Source: Botryllus schlosseri
Taxonomy: Eukaryota
Direction: 5' to 3'
Assembly: GCA_051294905.1 (NCBI GenBank)
Contig: CM119381.1
Span: 20,026,001-20,090,000 of the forward strand
DNA length: 64,000 nucleotides
The notes below the pieces were generated by a model. That model made no database searches and had not been told where the DNA came from. It saw nothing but the letters and a program-made list of their open reading frames with translations. Below are positions 33,401-45,796 of the stretch, piece by piece. Position 1 is the first letter of the stretch. The number at the start of each line of letters is the position of its first letter. Both the position numbers and the translations under genes were made by a program.

Positions 33401-36400
33401 AACGTTAGGCGCGAATATTCAATATTATTCACTTATTTGTCGCCGAATCAGTGTTGGTGAACATAGCGTTGATTTTCTCAGGCAGATACGTGGTAAAGTC
33501 ATGCTTGCCCAGAACATGCGGGGACCCACCGCACAATCCCACGACGGTTCGAAACAATTACGACCCGAGGAAAATAGTGGGAGGATCCAGGTAAATTAAC
33601 TCTGCATATTATATAGGTATATGTCGATATCAGTCGATTTACAATTGGTGGAAACAAAATTCAATTTCATATTTGTATTCTCATTCCACAGGGCTTTTGA
33701 ATTCAGTCATCCATGGACGGTTATGATACAAAAAGTGGAGGGAAACAAAACCTATGTTTGCGGCGGTACGATCATATGCGCGCAGTGGGTCGTGACAGCC
33801 GCCCATTGCCTTGACAAGCAAGGAGATAGCACGAACGAACCCGAGTAGGAAATTAAGATTTATATTAATGACCCCAAAGGCTAGCGACGCATGTTTATGA
33901 TGTAACAGTGCTCGGTTTTACCCGTGACGTTGTGGGATCAAAGCGACCGTAAAGCCGTAATGAGAAACTGGTCTTGCCTGAGGCTGAGATTCGGGAGCTA
34001 TCGTATCAATGTGGCGCTAATATCCCCATCCGTACCAATCTGCCTTATTCAGTTTACCTGTGCTGATTCGTATGAATCATAACTCCGGTTGTTGTAGTAT
34101 CGGATGTTGATTTATTGGTCAAATAACGAGCTTACCATACCGTCCGTCGATCTGCGGGGAAATATCAGATTTCCTGTTAGCCACAGTCAAGCCACAGGGT
34201 TTCGTATAGTGGTTAACGCAAAACTATACTTATAATTAAGCTTCGACCGCATTCTTCAAACGAAATATGATGCTAAATTTTAGTGCTCTTTATCTATTTA
34301 TTTTAAGTGCAATCTGTCTGGGATTATTTCCGATGTCTAGCGCATTAGAGGTCTGTTTGATTATTATAAATGCCAAGAAGACCATCAGAAGGAAATCTTC
34401 ATCGGCGTGTCCCATAACTTCGCTCACTTTGGTAGAATACATGGATTTATGGACCGCTCGACCTGACATATCGATCTCGCCTTCCGTCACTTGCCACTTT
34501 ATATTATCTTCGTTTACCTTCATTCAGTGTGCATTAACATTGTGCCTCCTCTTTACAACGCCTAGGCCCAGGTGGGTGTCTGATCTTAAGACTATACTTC
34601 TAGTCGTTTCGGCATCTTCCTATCATTCATTGTATATTGCAGTCTTGTGATGTTTTGAAGTGCCGAAGTTTTATGAATAAACTTGAACTTGGTACTTAAT
34701 CCAGAGGTCTATAGATTCTACCTATGTTTGTAACTGCGGGATTACTCAACGGCGCCGGTCAATATATAACTTCTTGAGAAGTTTCATTAGATCCATCTGT
34801 GTTTGACAGTCTCAGCCCGGAAAAGTACAAGCTATATTTTGGAAGATACAATGGTATACGGTCCTTTTATGGATATCAAGTTCAAGTGTTCAAAGGGACT
34901 AGAGGTGAGTTTCTTCTTCTTACGTTATATTTCAACAAACTTTTGCTATTTTTGTTGCGAACGCATCGCTACTGTCCGTGAGTAGTGGGAAGGGACGATT
35001 CGACTATAGTTTGGTGAATTTTAATGTATTTAGCCGCTATGACTGCCATTTTCACCCACACTTGTCCGAACCTAATCCGACAATTGATTGAATTCTTTTA
35101 GTTTCTGTAAGCTCAATTTAAATTTGAAACGAAATTTGGGGCTGTGACGGCATTGCTTTAAATTGCATGCGTAGCTCGTCAGTAACGAAGTACATCTACT
35201 TTTTCGCACTACTCAAGTAGGTTTGCTTACTTGCATAATTCACCCGAGTGATTATGTTTTTAGATCGCTTCTACTTCTGTTCGAATAATTTTTAGACAAT
35301 CTACTTTTACAATTTTTACTTTGAAAAGTAGAAAGGAATTTGGGGATAAGAACCACATGATTTGAAAATACGAAGAAATAACGAAAGCACAGCCGATCGA
35401 AAAACGTACCCTTTTCGTCCCATTGCGTCCGCTAGGCAGGACACAATGGGACTGAGGAAAATGAGACAGTATTAAAAAAGAATTAACACCGCATCAGTTG
35501 CAAGAAACTGAGAACTGTTGAAGAAAGGGGTTGATCTTGCGCGATACTAGGGATGATTGTACAGTACATGGAGTGTTGGTGACGATCTTGCTTCTGCGCA
35601 CTCTTATGTTGATTTTTTATATTTATGTAAAATCTGCCTTTGGATGTCGTCGGACCTTTGTGCGCCTTTCAAATTGTCCCAGTGTACCCCACTCACTTCT
35701 TCAGAACAAACAAAAAACAAAAACTCTAAAATCGCAATCCTGCACATAAAATAGCATACAGTACGACTAGTAACTGCTCTGAATAAGTTGTGTACTAATT
35801 TCAAGCACAGCAAACGAGATAGACCCAGCAAAAACAAGATCGAAACACGATGTAATTTTACATAGGTTATCAATATAAGAAACTCGTCATTTTCTCACAA
35901 AGGCTGCGACCCTGGCGGAATCAACCCCGTCAGGATTACGTCTGATGTGACACAACTAACTCGCCGAAGCGATGTATAATTCTTCCTTTCGGGTTTTTAA
36001 AATATTCACGATGTACCATCGTGCCACTGTATCCATTGTGTCCCAACTTCTCCTAGTCATTTTGCGTTCGTCACAAAGACGCAATGTTTATACTGACCAC
36101 CTCCGCTGAACTTCTAAAGCAGGGGCGGGCAACTTCTCCAGTCGGCGGGCCGGATTTAGGAAAATTAAGTACTTGGCGGGCCGGATTGCTGAATCGATAC
36201 ATTATTCGCTCATTTATCCACATATACAAGGAATAAATCGTATTTGTGAATATATTGTAACGACAGCAATGTCACTTCAAAACCATTTCTCGCCGATAAT
36301 GGCGAAGACAATGTGCATTTGACAATAACATTGTCATACAGGCGCCACCATGTCTGCTTCTCTCTGATCAATCAACACATGGTGCAATCCTTAATTAAGA

Positions 36401-39400
36401 TTTCAAGGCGTTCGATAAGCCCGGTAACCCTAATTTACCAAGATATCAATTCATTAGGGTTGAGTAGGTGACGAGATAGCGTCGTTGTTCAACTGTATGG
36501 CCTAATTAATCTCGATATTGAATTCACTCGGCTCGCGTCCTCTACGAAATTTGAAAAGTGGCCTGCGACCCGTGTTGAGTTGGCGACCCCTGGCATAAGC
36601 GGAGCCTTACAAAAGCCTGGAAGTGTGCCATGCTACAAGTCCGCGGTTACGGAATCAAAAATAAGAAATATCAGCCTGGTGTAAATTACCAGTGTAGTCG
36701 ACAAAAATCATGATTACCACACCACAGACGACATTGGGGTTGAGTGCATCGTAAATGCCGATAATGCAAGTCTTCTCGCTTTGACGAAGTTACGCGTAAG
36801 CTCCACTCTCGAAACGCTGCGCATACGCGTATATAATAACATACAGTCACTAAAATTTGACGTAGTAAGCAAGTAGTGCGGAATCCCGACAGACTGGGGC
36901 CGCGGGCCACATTATCATGTAAGACGGAAATCTGTCCGCGGGCCGTATGTTGCCCGCCCCTGTTCTAAAGGTACGCGAACACTCGACTCAATCTATTTTT
37001 GAAACTACATACTTGAAACTTGAGTACTTTTCATATCTACGTTTTCTACTTCTACTTGGAGTTGTTATAATGTCTGCTACTTGTGATTGAGAAGAAATTC
37101 AAGGCATAACTTACATTTGTGTAGTAACTACTTTGGCAACCTCTGCATATATGAATCATAACCATGAAGATATATAGCACTTTTCATCAACCCAATATAT
37201 ACCTTAAAATTGCTCAGTGCATATTTCGTATCGTGGACTGGATAAATTATTATCGAACGTCTCGTCTCAAACCATTCTTTGAGACCGCGGGATCTATTAC
37301 TTATCAAATCTCTCACACCTACTCGCCCGTTCTCATTTTGTAATGATTTCTAACGTTGTACAAATTGATGTGTGCAATGGTGTTTTGTATGTCATTATTT
37401 TTTTAGATATTGAAGCGCTGGTCCAGCACGAAAACTTCATTCCCGGCAAGCATCGCGGGGTTATTACCCACGACATAGCGTTGATAAAACTCAAGCGGCC
37501 GGTTATATTCAACCGATACGTGCATCCGATTTGTCTGCCCCGTGAACAGGCGAAACCAGGAGAAATCATGTTTGCAACTGGTTGGGGCATCAGCAGAAGT
37601 ATGCCTTACACATTTGATTTGTAACTATATATACTCGGAAAGTTTTCTCGAAAAAGTATAATATGAAATTCGTATTCAATTTTAAATTTTAAATTTTCAA
37701 AAATGATTGTTTGTATATAAGGTAACAGAAACATGACGTCATTTGATTGTTGAAAAGTTTTTTCGACCCCGTCCCTCACACTTATTATCTCTAATGGCTT
37801 CCGCATGAGTGTGCCTTAGTAAATTATGCTAATTATATATATATCTGCATAGTTTAGTGACCGTATCATGGCGTAAAACTAATTCTGCTGTCACTTTTCA
37901 AGACATAGGTCCAGATCCGACCACGTTGAAACAACTCGGCGTGGAAATCAAATCGCGAATCAACTGCAGAAATCGAGTTCCCGGCTTTCGAGATCCCGTC
38001 GGGGTGTTATGCGCTGGAGGGGAACCGAATCAGGATACGTGCACGGTAAACAGTCCTGCTGTTCCTCTCACACTGTCACTGTTGCGCCTACTTTTTTATT
38101 CGTGAATGATATCTAATCCACGTCTAGTACTGTTTTAACTACACCGACAAGTTATCTACAACTAGGGTGTTTTAAACAGTGTTTTAAACAAATGCCTTCC
38201 AAAAAATTGTTTTCTTTTAGACATTGTATAATTATGACATAATTGTTTAGATACCTAAAAAACAGGTTATATGAGCCTACCGACGATTTACACCCAATGT
38301 AGTCGGCGTATACGATTTGAAGTGGCTAGAACCCTCGAAATTGTCGTCGGTTCATAAGCTATAGCGCGTAGATGACTAGATATAGATCATTGACACGGAA
38401 TTAGTGTTCTGATGATGATGACCGCCGAACGTAAAATGCTGCATAAGTGCATAACGATGTATAGTCCTCGTTAAATATATTTTGGTCTGTCTATGACAGT
38501 GGTCGGAAGCCCTTTTTCGTCGAAGGATCCCTATTTACCCTATATTTTCAATTGTCAATACAAATCCACTGTATTGTCACAATTAAAGATTCGTGGCGTA
38601 ATGGATAAAAATAGCAACAATAAAAACATGCTTTAAATAAGGACCTTGTCTTGAACACGTTTGTTTTATAACGATTTTTGTTTTAAATGCAAACCTATCC
38701 ACGCCTGCATTATAGCCTTTTTGCTCAGGGGGTGTCGTTAAGGTTTAATTAGAGCAAATTTGAAGCCCAAACACTAACTTGCTGCTTTTTCCCTTAATTT
38801 TTCTGGACTGTAGTAGGGTTGGGACTTCGGGATTAAATTTGAAATCCCGGGATAGGGATTTTCGCTCCTCGATCCCGGGATTAGAAAAGTAATAAAATAC
38901 ACATACAAGCTATACACAAACAACAATTATTCCTTGTAATATTGACGCATTAACATGGAAGCATCACGAGTATCATCGTTTAGACCAGGAGTCTCAAACT
39001 CAAATTTGCTCGCGGGACAATTTCGTAGTTTCTGATGACGCGGCGGGCCGCAGCATCAAATAGAGGTAGCCTACAATATCTATTTCCAAGTTGGCCTTAT
39101 TTGACGGACCTTGCAGACTGGCATTCCATACACATTGTGAAAATGTGATTCCCCATAGTAATATTCACGTTTGCCACGAAAAAGTCATATTTTTAAATAT
39201 TTTATTAAAAATATTGCTGTGCTTGGCACAATTTGGGGAAATAATTAGTTATAGACAATTACCCAGCATGCTAGACGACAAATGCATCATGTCATCGTGA
39301 ATGCTGTAGCGTTATAATTTCGCAGCTAGTGGACATTTGACATGTGATAGCGATTCAAGTTTTGGAGTGGTTTTAGAATGAAATTTAAGTTATCAAATCC

Positions 39401-40215
39401 GAAATAAGATATTTACCATTTAAATATTGTCGAATACTTGAAAATTCAAAATGTCAACGCGGGCCGCGTGTTTGAAGCCACTGTTTAAGACAATCAGCCG
39501 AGTTTGTGACACTGCTTTATTACCAAAATAAGAGATATGGCGCTACATAAGCATTGGTAGATGCTGTTTTCATATCCCGGGATTTCATTGGGATTAATCC
39601 CGGGATCGGGATTGCTCCAAATCCCGGGATCCCGGGAACGGGATTTCCCGGGATCCCAACGCTAGACTGTAGATGGATTACAATTACGAATACAGCAAAA
39701 GTATATTCACTAATGGATTAAAACATTTAAATGTATTACGTCTCTCGATAAGCGTGATATAGTTTCACGGTATTTGTTGCTGAGTCAGATCTATACGCAT
39801 TCCTTACTTTCCAATTTTTCGATTTTTCCTATACTTATGTCGTTTTTGGTATTCCTTTGGAATTTACTACAAGCACTATACCTATACCTACACCTACAGT
39901 CCTACATGTAGAGTATAGGCTACTTGGTTAGAATCTTGCAGCAACCCTTGCTTCTCTAGTTATCGATTACGATGCTGACTGCCTCTGACCATCAATTCAC
40001 AGGGAGATTCAGGTGGCCCACTCGTTGGATCCAAGTTAGCACCGGTCGGACAAATGTCGTTCAAAGGAAAACCGATTTACTACTTCTACGGTCTCACGAG
40101 CATCGGCTCCCCGAGCTGCAACACTCGTCAATTTGACAGGCAACCAGCTTTGTACACTGATGTGCATTATTATCTGCCTTGGATCAGAAAGAACACAGCC
40201 GATTGCTGCTCATGA
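24438..40215 (+). CDS. Secreted modular protease: 3 trefoil (P-type) domains, Pro/Thr-rich linker, trypsin-like S1 domain; 691 aa
   Basis: Exons: 24438-24486, 24546-24695, 27318-27455, 27518-27610, 29330-29470, 29549-29704, 29778-29937, 30665-30835, 32938-33050, 33482-33590, 33692-33844, 34810-34904, 37407-37598, 37903-38045, 40003-40215 (2076 nt, phases consistent). Signal-like MMGILRVLVIVTAISRG. Three C-C-C-GCC-C trefoil patterns. Activation site PRK|IVGG. Catalytic triad in VVTAAHC, HDIAL and GDSGGP. QDTC places Asp at the S1 position. The N-terminal and linker exons are less certain than the protease exons. Confidence 0.88.
25447..27198. mobile_element. hAT (Buster-type) non-autonomous element with a nested decayed MITE
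   Basis: TIRs CAGTGGTTCTCAACC / GGTTGAGATCCACTG, perfect TSD GTTTAAAA. An inner element at about 25635-26611 ends in TTGCCCACCCCTG. It fills most of protease intron 2. Confidence 0.85.
27829..28149. mobile_element. hAT-type MITE (2995 family)
   Basis: Right end TATGGTAACCCTA with AAAAAGGAGG(G/A)CA motifs as in 2995-3298. Perfect TSD GTTTTATG. Confidence 0.8.
28262..29253. mobile_element. hAT element with 18-bp perfect TIRs and two arrays of ~42-bp direct repeats
   Basis: TIR CAGACTTGGACAACTAGA, perfect TSD GTGACAAG (nTnnnnAn). Arrays of CTCTAATTCTAATTCTAATCTAAT plus ~18 bp at about 28320-28470 (4 units) and 28978-29220 (6 units). Confidence 0.88.
30327..30425. repeat. GACTCGAGTC-rich transposon-end-like repeat
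   Basis: Clustered GTCGAGTC/GACTCGAGTC motifs. A related cluster lies in the opposite orientation at about 41385-41535. No TSD found. Confidence 0.5.
31004..31584 (+). mobile_element. hAT (Buster) MITE, 19122 family
   Basis: TIR CAGCGGTTCTC(A/G), colinear with 19122-19977, perfect TSD CTGTAGCA. Confidence 0.9.
31702..32287. mobile_element. Second copy of the foldback element (P/Galileo-like)
   Basis: Same CATAGTGTCC... arms as 15447-16073, with the centre in the opposite orientation. Flanks GCTACAG / GCTATAG (7 bp, 1 mismatch). Confidence 0.85.
34449..34692 (+). mobile_element. 5'-truncated LINE (3' UTR only)
   Basis: Matches 10918-11175 and 62619-62850; ends AATAAACTTGAACTT. Confidence 0.85.
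36120..36962. mobile_element. hAT (Charlie/Buster-like) MITE
   Basis: Perfect TIR CAGGGGCGGGCAAC, GCGGGCCG subterminal motifs, perfect TSD TTCTAAAG (nnnTAnnn). Confidence 0.9.
38814..39664. mobile_element. hAT element with ATCCCGGGAT subterminal palindromes, containing a nested MITE
   Basis: TIRs TAGGGTTGGGA / TCCCAACGCTA, perfect TSD GACTGTAG. Nested element 38986-39483 (CAGGAGTCTCAAAC / GTTTGAAGCCACTG, degenerate TSD). Confidence 0.85.
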
Positions 40216-40388
40216 CGTGAATGACCGGAAACTTTGGAACACCATAAAAATATTTTGAGAAAATGCCATGAAATCAAACTGGGGAGGAAGCGATTTTAGA
40301 ATTACAGGTTACTGAACCCTTAGTTATGATATATTCAGGCATCATTGTGCTCAACATGTACTTAAATTGATTGCGATTATTTCACAAC

Positions 40389-40394
40389 AATAAA
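40389..40394 (+). other. Likely polyadenylation signal of the protease gene
   Basis: AATAAA about 175 nt after the stop, followed by AT-rich sequence. Confidence 0.45.
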
Positions 40395-41534
40395 TTATAT
40401 GTAGGCCTATATGCGAAGTAAAGATACCCATGACTTATTGATATTGATTGATTAGCAAATCAGGGAATATGTCGCAGAAATTATGACTCATCGTACTGAG
40501 GGCCGCCGATCCCAGAGTTTTAGAGAGGTTTGTGTAGCGCAGGATTTAGTGATATCAGTGGGTATCGAGAAATGACATTATTTCCAGCCACGGGCGTAGC
40601 CAGATTTTTTTTGTTTGGAGGGGCATCAAAAACTGACAAATGTTATATGAAAAAACTTTATTTTAACGAAATCTGTCCCTATGAAGAATTCCAGTAGTTA
40701 CATTACGCATTATGGTGAAAATAATTTATAAAAAATTGTAGTACAACGAAAGATACTTTCTTACATTCTCGGGTAGAAAGTGTATGTCCTTACTAAGTAA
40801 CTTACAGTAGTATAGTGCAAAGAATGGAGAGATAACGTTCAACAGCAGCAGTTGTTGGCTAAAAACACTGAAGTTGTGCGTGCACTGCTGGTGACAAACC
40901 GTGTTGCTTCATTCTGGCAATGGTTTCTACATTACAATTTTTCATCATGCGCTTCTTGATATAAGAACCTTGCAATGCCCACGCAGTCTTTCTTCAGTTG
41001 GGATATTGCGGTACGTTGAACATAACGCTATAGAGACTGTATAGGTCTCTATAATAACACCATGCCAACCTATTTGTTTCATTTGAATTTTTATGATTCA
41101 CATATGAGGCAGACAATGGGCAGTCTACAACGGTAGGCCTAAAAGGTAGGCTACAAGCTGAAAAATGTCAAATGATAAGTTCACCGACAGTGCAAAATCC
41201 ACGATACTAACGAAATGCGGGTTGCAAAAAAGTTTTGCCTTTGTAAAAAATTTGACATTTTTTGACCTAACGCTACAGTTTGAAATTTTTTTGACACGTT
41301 AAAGACATCGCCCTAAATATCACTAAACAGTATTACTCAAAGTGCGTTAAACAAGACTTCAACTCGAAACTGAGCAGTCAACGCAATGACTTGGACTCTA
41401 CTCAAGTCATATTATCTGATTATCATGAGTCGGATTCGACCCGCTGCATGCTCGTTGACTCGGACATGACTCGGTAGTGAACTAAAAATGAGTGGACTTG
41501 ACTCGAGTCAAAACTATAAAAGTGAGATTGACTT

Positions 41535-41670
41535 GTGTGGGTGTCCGATCTTATAAAAGACTAGCCTACTCCAAGTTGTTTCGACACCCTCCTATCTTTT
41601 CATTGTATCGCAGTTTTGTGCTGTTTTGAAACGATGAAAATAATAATAAAACTGGTTGATTGATTGACTC
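41535..41670 (+). mobile_element. Short LINE 3'-end copy
   Basis: GGGTGTCCGATC...GACACCC stem, then AATAAACTG(GTT/ATT)GATTGA tail. It faces the minus-strand LINE tail-to-tail. Confidence 0.75.
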
Positions 41671-41724
41671 AGAGCCTTGTAACTTGATGGTTACAACCCT
41701 GTGTCGGAGTGACGAAATTTGCCA

Positions 41725-42700
41725 CAGTAAACCATCATTCATCATTATCATTGGTTTATTTGCAATTTTATCAGTTCAATACACCACAAAAATGCGATAC
41801 AATGAAAGATATGAAGGTGTCGAAGCGACTTGGAGTAGTCAATGAAATCGGACACCCACCTCGGCCTAGGCGATGTAAAGAGGAGGCATGCACACTGAAT
41901 GAAAAGTAAAGAAGATAGTATAGGAAAAAGCAAGCGACAAAAATGGGGTGGCATGTCATGGAAGGCGAGATCGATACGCCAGTCGTGGTCCGGTATAATC
42001 TTGAGGATGAACTAGTATTCATTTAGTAGTAATCGTTTGTATTTCGACTTGAATGTGGACATGCTCGTCGATTGACGGATGGCTTGCGGGATACTGTTCC
42101 ACACGTCAGGTCCGGCATATTTGATAGAGCGATGATCTTTTCGGTCCATCATAATGTGATATTTGGACGACGTGGATGCGCGTGTGTTGTACTTGTGCGC
42201 TTTTGATTCCGAGGTAAAAAAGTCATTGAAATATTCGGGGCAATGACCGCAGTGGAACTGATACATAAACTTGGCGATTTCTCGTTTCCGCATATTTTCT
42301 GTTTAGGACACCGAATCTCTTCAGCAGCGACTTGTTGGATTGACAACCAGGACCCTTTTGGGCCCTAGCTATGATACGGAGTACGTTATGTTGTAGTTTT
42401 TGCAGTGGTTCGAGTGCAGTTTTATTGGCAGCCCCCCAACCAAGGATGTCATATTGTAACTTCGATTGGATTAAGGATTTAAGGAGTATCAGAACAACCC
42501 AGGCTGGCATGAAGCGTCCAAGGCTGTAGAACAGGCCGCACTTCGGTGATAATTTAGTGTCTAGGGACTGAATATGACTCTTCCAGGACATGTCCGAGTC
42601 CAATAAAACCCCGAGATATATGGCATTATCTGTGTTTGAAACGGGCTGACCAGTGATGTTAACGGTTAGGTTATTTTTTGAATTTACTGTACTACTCATT
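41725..42700 (-). mobile_element. 5'-truncated, frameshifted non-LTR retrotransposon (L2/CR1-group), RT C-terminal region plus 3' UTR
   Basis: Overlapping ORFs 42699-42223 and 42293-42012 read YLGVLLDSDMSWKSHI, LIQSKLQYDILGWG, LQKLQHNVLRII, HKYNTRAS, SIKYAGPDVWNSIP and STFKSKYKRLLLNEY*, typical of the L2/CR1-type ORF2 C-terminus. The 3' UTR follows, ending in AATAAA and an (ATG/AAT) tail. Confidence 0.9.
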
Positions 42701-43133
42701 GGCTACGCCAAAATTTCCAGTCGTAGCCTAACTCCGGCAGGTGTGACGCGTTTCCGGTTCCTATGTTGAAGTTGCCTCTCTGCCCTATTGGACCTGTTAA
42801 TTAGTCGATTGGGAACTTTATAGGAGTCTCCGAATTATGATCGACGTGGTCGAAGCTATATTTGAAAATAGCTGACTACCATACGTTAACGTTATGACCA
42901 TTGACCATACTCTATGCTTGACTGCGGTTCCGTGTCAACTTCATCGTACCGTTCGTTAGATTTGTGAAGAAAAGCGGCATTGCGAGTATAATATGATTAG
43001 GAGAATCATGGTTCAACTAATTACGTATTGAACTATGTATTGTATTATTGACGATCTGTAATGCAACCCATCATATCATTTGCAAATCCTTTAGTCACCA
43101 AAACGGCTTACTAGCGCCATCTTATAATATTCA

Positions 43134-43147
43134 GCAACCATGGAAAC
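43134..43147 (+). promoter_or_regulatory. Possible RFX X-box upstream of EFCAB2
   Basis: GCAACC-AT-GGAAAC about 100 bp before the ATG of a motile-cilia gene. The right half fits the X-box consensus; the left half is imperfect. Confidence 0.3.
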
Positions 43148-43244
43148 ATGGTACGCGCGATCATCTACGAACGACCGCAACATCGTCTGCACAGTGCACA
43201 CCTGTTCCGCACTACGTTTCGAATGAAGTAAAGGAAAACTAATA

Positions 43245-45251
43245 ATGGCAGACCCGGGTGAAAAGGATTCTGCTGGTACGTATCAATTCCTCGATTTATT
43301 TGCAATACTCAATGCTACTTATCGCTTGCACGTGCCTAGTCTGCAGGTGCTCTTACATTTATCCTGTCAGTCTTACAATTCACTGTTGCAGTACGTTGTA
43401 TGCAATTTATAGCCAATCTACTTCTATCAGCTGCAGTAGACTCGATGATCAACAGACCACTTCGCTGGAGCTTCTTTTTGCATTCATAAAGCATATTGGC
43501 CTTATTCTATGAACTGTACATCGTACACATCTCTCTTTAGTCTTTGAAATTGACACTGTAATCATTTATTTTTGTATGGGTCCGTGTGTTTCTGATGTTA
43601 TGCTATTTTGTTACCTGTTTTGTTATTTTGCGATGACGAATAACATTTTCTCTCTCTCTCTCTGTGGCATAACTATCATTGGTCATGTTCAACTGATAAA
43701 TCAACAAGCGAGAGTAAATTATGATTTCTCATGTACATTCGATTCTAAAAATATTTTAAACCATGAAATTCCCGCATTTACTGAAATAACTCATTCCGAT
43801 CCGACGCTATTGCAGAGTCTATGCTGGCTGAAACAGAGAAAAAGATTACTGATGCATTTGACATATTTGATCATGAATCCAACAAAACTGTTGACGTCAG
43901 AGAAATCGGAACCATTGTCAGATCGCTGGGATGTTGTCCGTCCGAAGGTAAATATACCAGCTGTCACTTTGCTACAAAGAACTGTCATTTAATTATTTCA
44001 CTTCCTTGTGAAAAGCAAGGTATATGAACCACAAAACAGCCAATGACTGCGTGACGTAGGCTACCGTAGCTTGGGGCAGGTGAACGGACAGGGAGATGAA
44101 CTTTAGATCATGCATCATCAATATGTGCATCTGCCATTCAACCAATTCTATAACTAAGCCCATGCAGCAGTACCTACTCATGTAAGGGCAGTTAAAACTA
44201 AAAGTCTGTGCTATTATCTCGCCATACAAAGCTTCTTAACTGATATCAACAGGCGAATTACACGATATGCTTGCTGAGATTGAAGAGGAGGAGCCGACCG
44301 GATATATCAGATTTGAGAAGTTTTTACCAATGATGACCAACATACTGATGGAACGAAGGTAGAATTGCCAATAGAATGTAACACATAACAAACCAATTTG
44401 AACCAATTCAATTTTTCAAGGAGCCTTGACGACCCATAGAGTATTTTCATTTTTGAAAAATGCACTGATATTGCAAATCTGATATCTTGATAAAGTTTGA
44501 TTTCAACTGGTGTACATTTATAAAGGACTAGAATCTGCTGAAATTGTATTAGGAATCGACTGATCAAAATAGACTTGAAATACATTTGAGAAATATGTCT
44601 GTCATCTAGGAATACATGGTATATTTTATTTGACGAAATTCGTTTATTTTCAGTTCAAAGCATCACAGATTGCAATGCTATGAAATGTCTATGATTCAAA
44701 TAACCAACAATTGATGGTACCACCATCTTTTGCAGTGTTACCGTTGATCTGTTGGTATATCTTCAATAATAGAATGTAAATTGTTGCGTTTAAGTGAAAT
44801 ATTGGATTTGCTTTCAATTCCTGCAACAAATCCCTTTTGATTGGATATTTCCAATCAAATTCTGATATGACCAGGTAGCATACAAATCAGTCGTTTCTAT
44901 ACCGAGTTTCAAAATTCCCTACTATGTTGGGAGCAATTCTTGATTTGTTGCAAAGCCAGCCTTGGCGCAAAAATATGCATCGCGACAGATTTTAGCCGTA
45001 GAAAGTTTATCGGCGACATATTTAGGTACAAGCCCGCACCAGAGGACCAGCTTCTACGTGCGTTCGAAGTGCTGGACCAGGACAAGAAAGGCAGCTTGAC
45101 GCAAGAGGAGATTTCCAAATACGTGAGCGAGGAAGGCGAGCCGTTTACTCAGGAGGAATTGGACGAATTTTTAACCGCTGCTGTCGACCCCGACCGAGGT
45201 GTCGTTTTGTACAAGGATTACGTATCATTAATGGCGGTCGAAGACACATGA
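43245..45251 (+). CDS. EFCAB2: EF-hand calcium-binding domain protein 2 / dynein regulatory complex subunit 8, 164 aa
   Basis: Exons 43245-43275, 43816-43947, 44253-44358, 45026-45251 (495 nt). Sequences AFDIFDHESNKTVDVREIGTIVRSLGCCPSEGELHD, EEEEPTGYIRFEKFLP, EDQLLRAFEVLD and EEGEPFTQEE closely match EFCAB2/DRC8. Confidence 0.95.
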
Positions 45252-45796
45252 GCGACGCAGACTTTGAATTAGAGAAATATATCCTTTTTTTTACAGGCAT
45301 CTGTTTTGTTATGCAATTAGAATCGCCCACAGTCTTTGCATGAGGAACTCATGCTGTCGCGCGTATCTCGTGATCATTGCAGCTTTATTGTCGAGCGCCT
45401 TGAAAAGCACAAAATTAGTTTTGTTCAGTCGTCGGATTCAGCTGGCACGCACCTGTTCTATAGATCCGTACCACAGAGTTTTACGAATGCAACGGACCCA
45501 CTAGAATTACTGGTTTCGTTCAATCACTTTTTGTAACAGAGCCGGCTGAAAATTCGAAGTTAATCACTGGTTTTGTTTCCTTACTAGCTAGCAGCATATT
45601 GCCCTTTTGTCATCGACTTGAAGACCGCATCAAGCATCATTCGGAAGCTTGCGTTGGGTTAATTTAGCAACCATTATGACCAGACCTGGGCCCGCGGAGC
45701 TATACTGAGCGGCCCGCGAAAAGTTTCTTGGAATTCGAAACATACCTTTGAATGGTGCTGCGCGAACTAAAATCACAGGCTCAATAAACTGAACGG

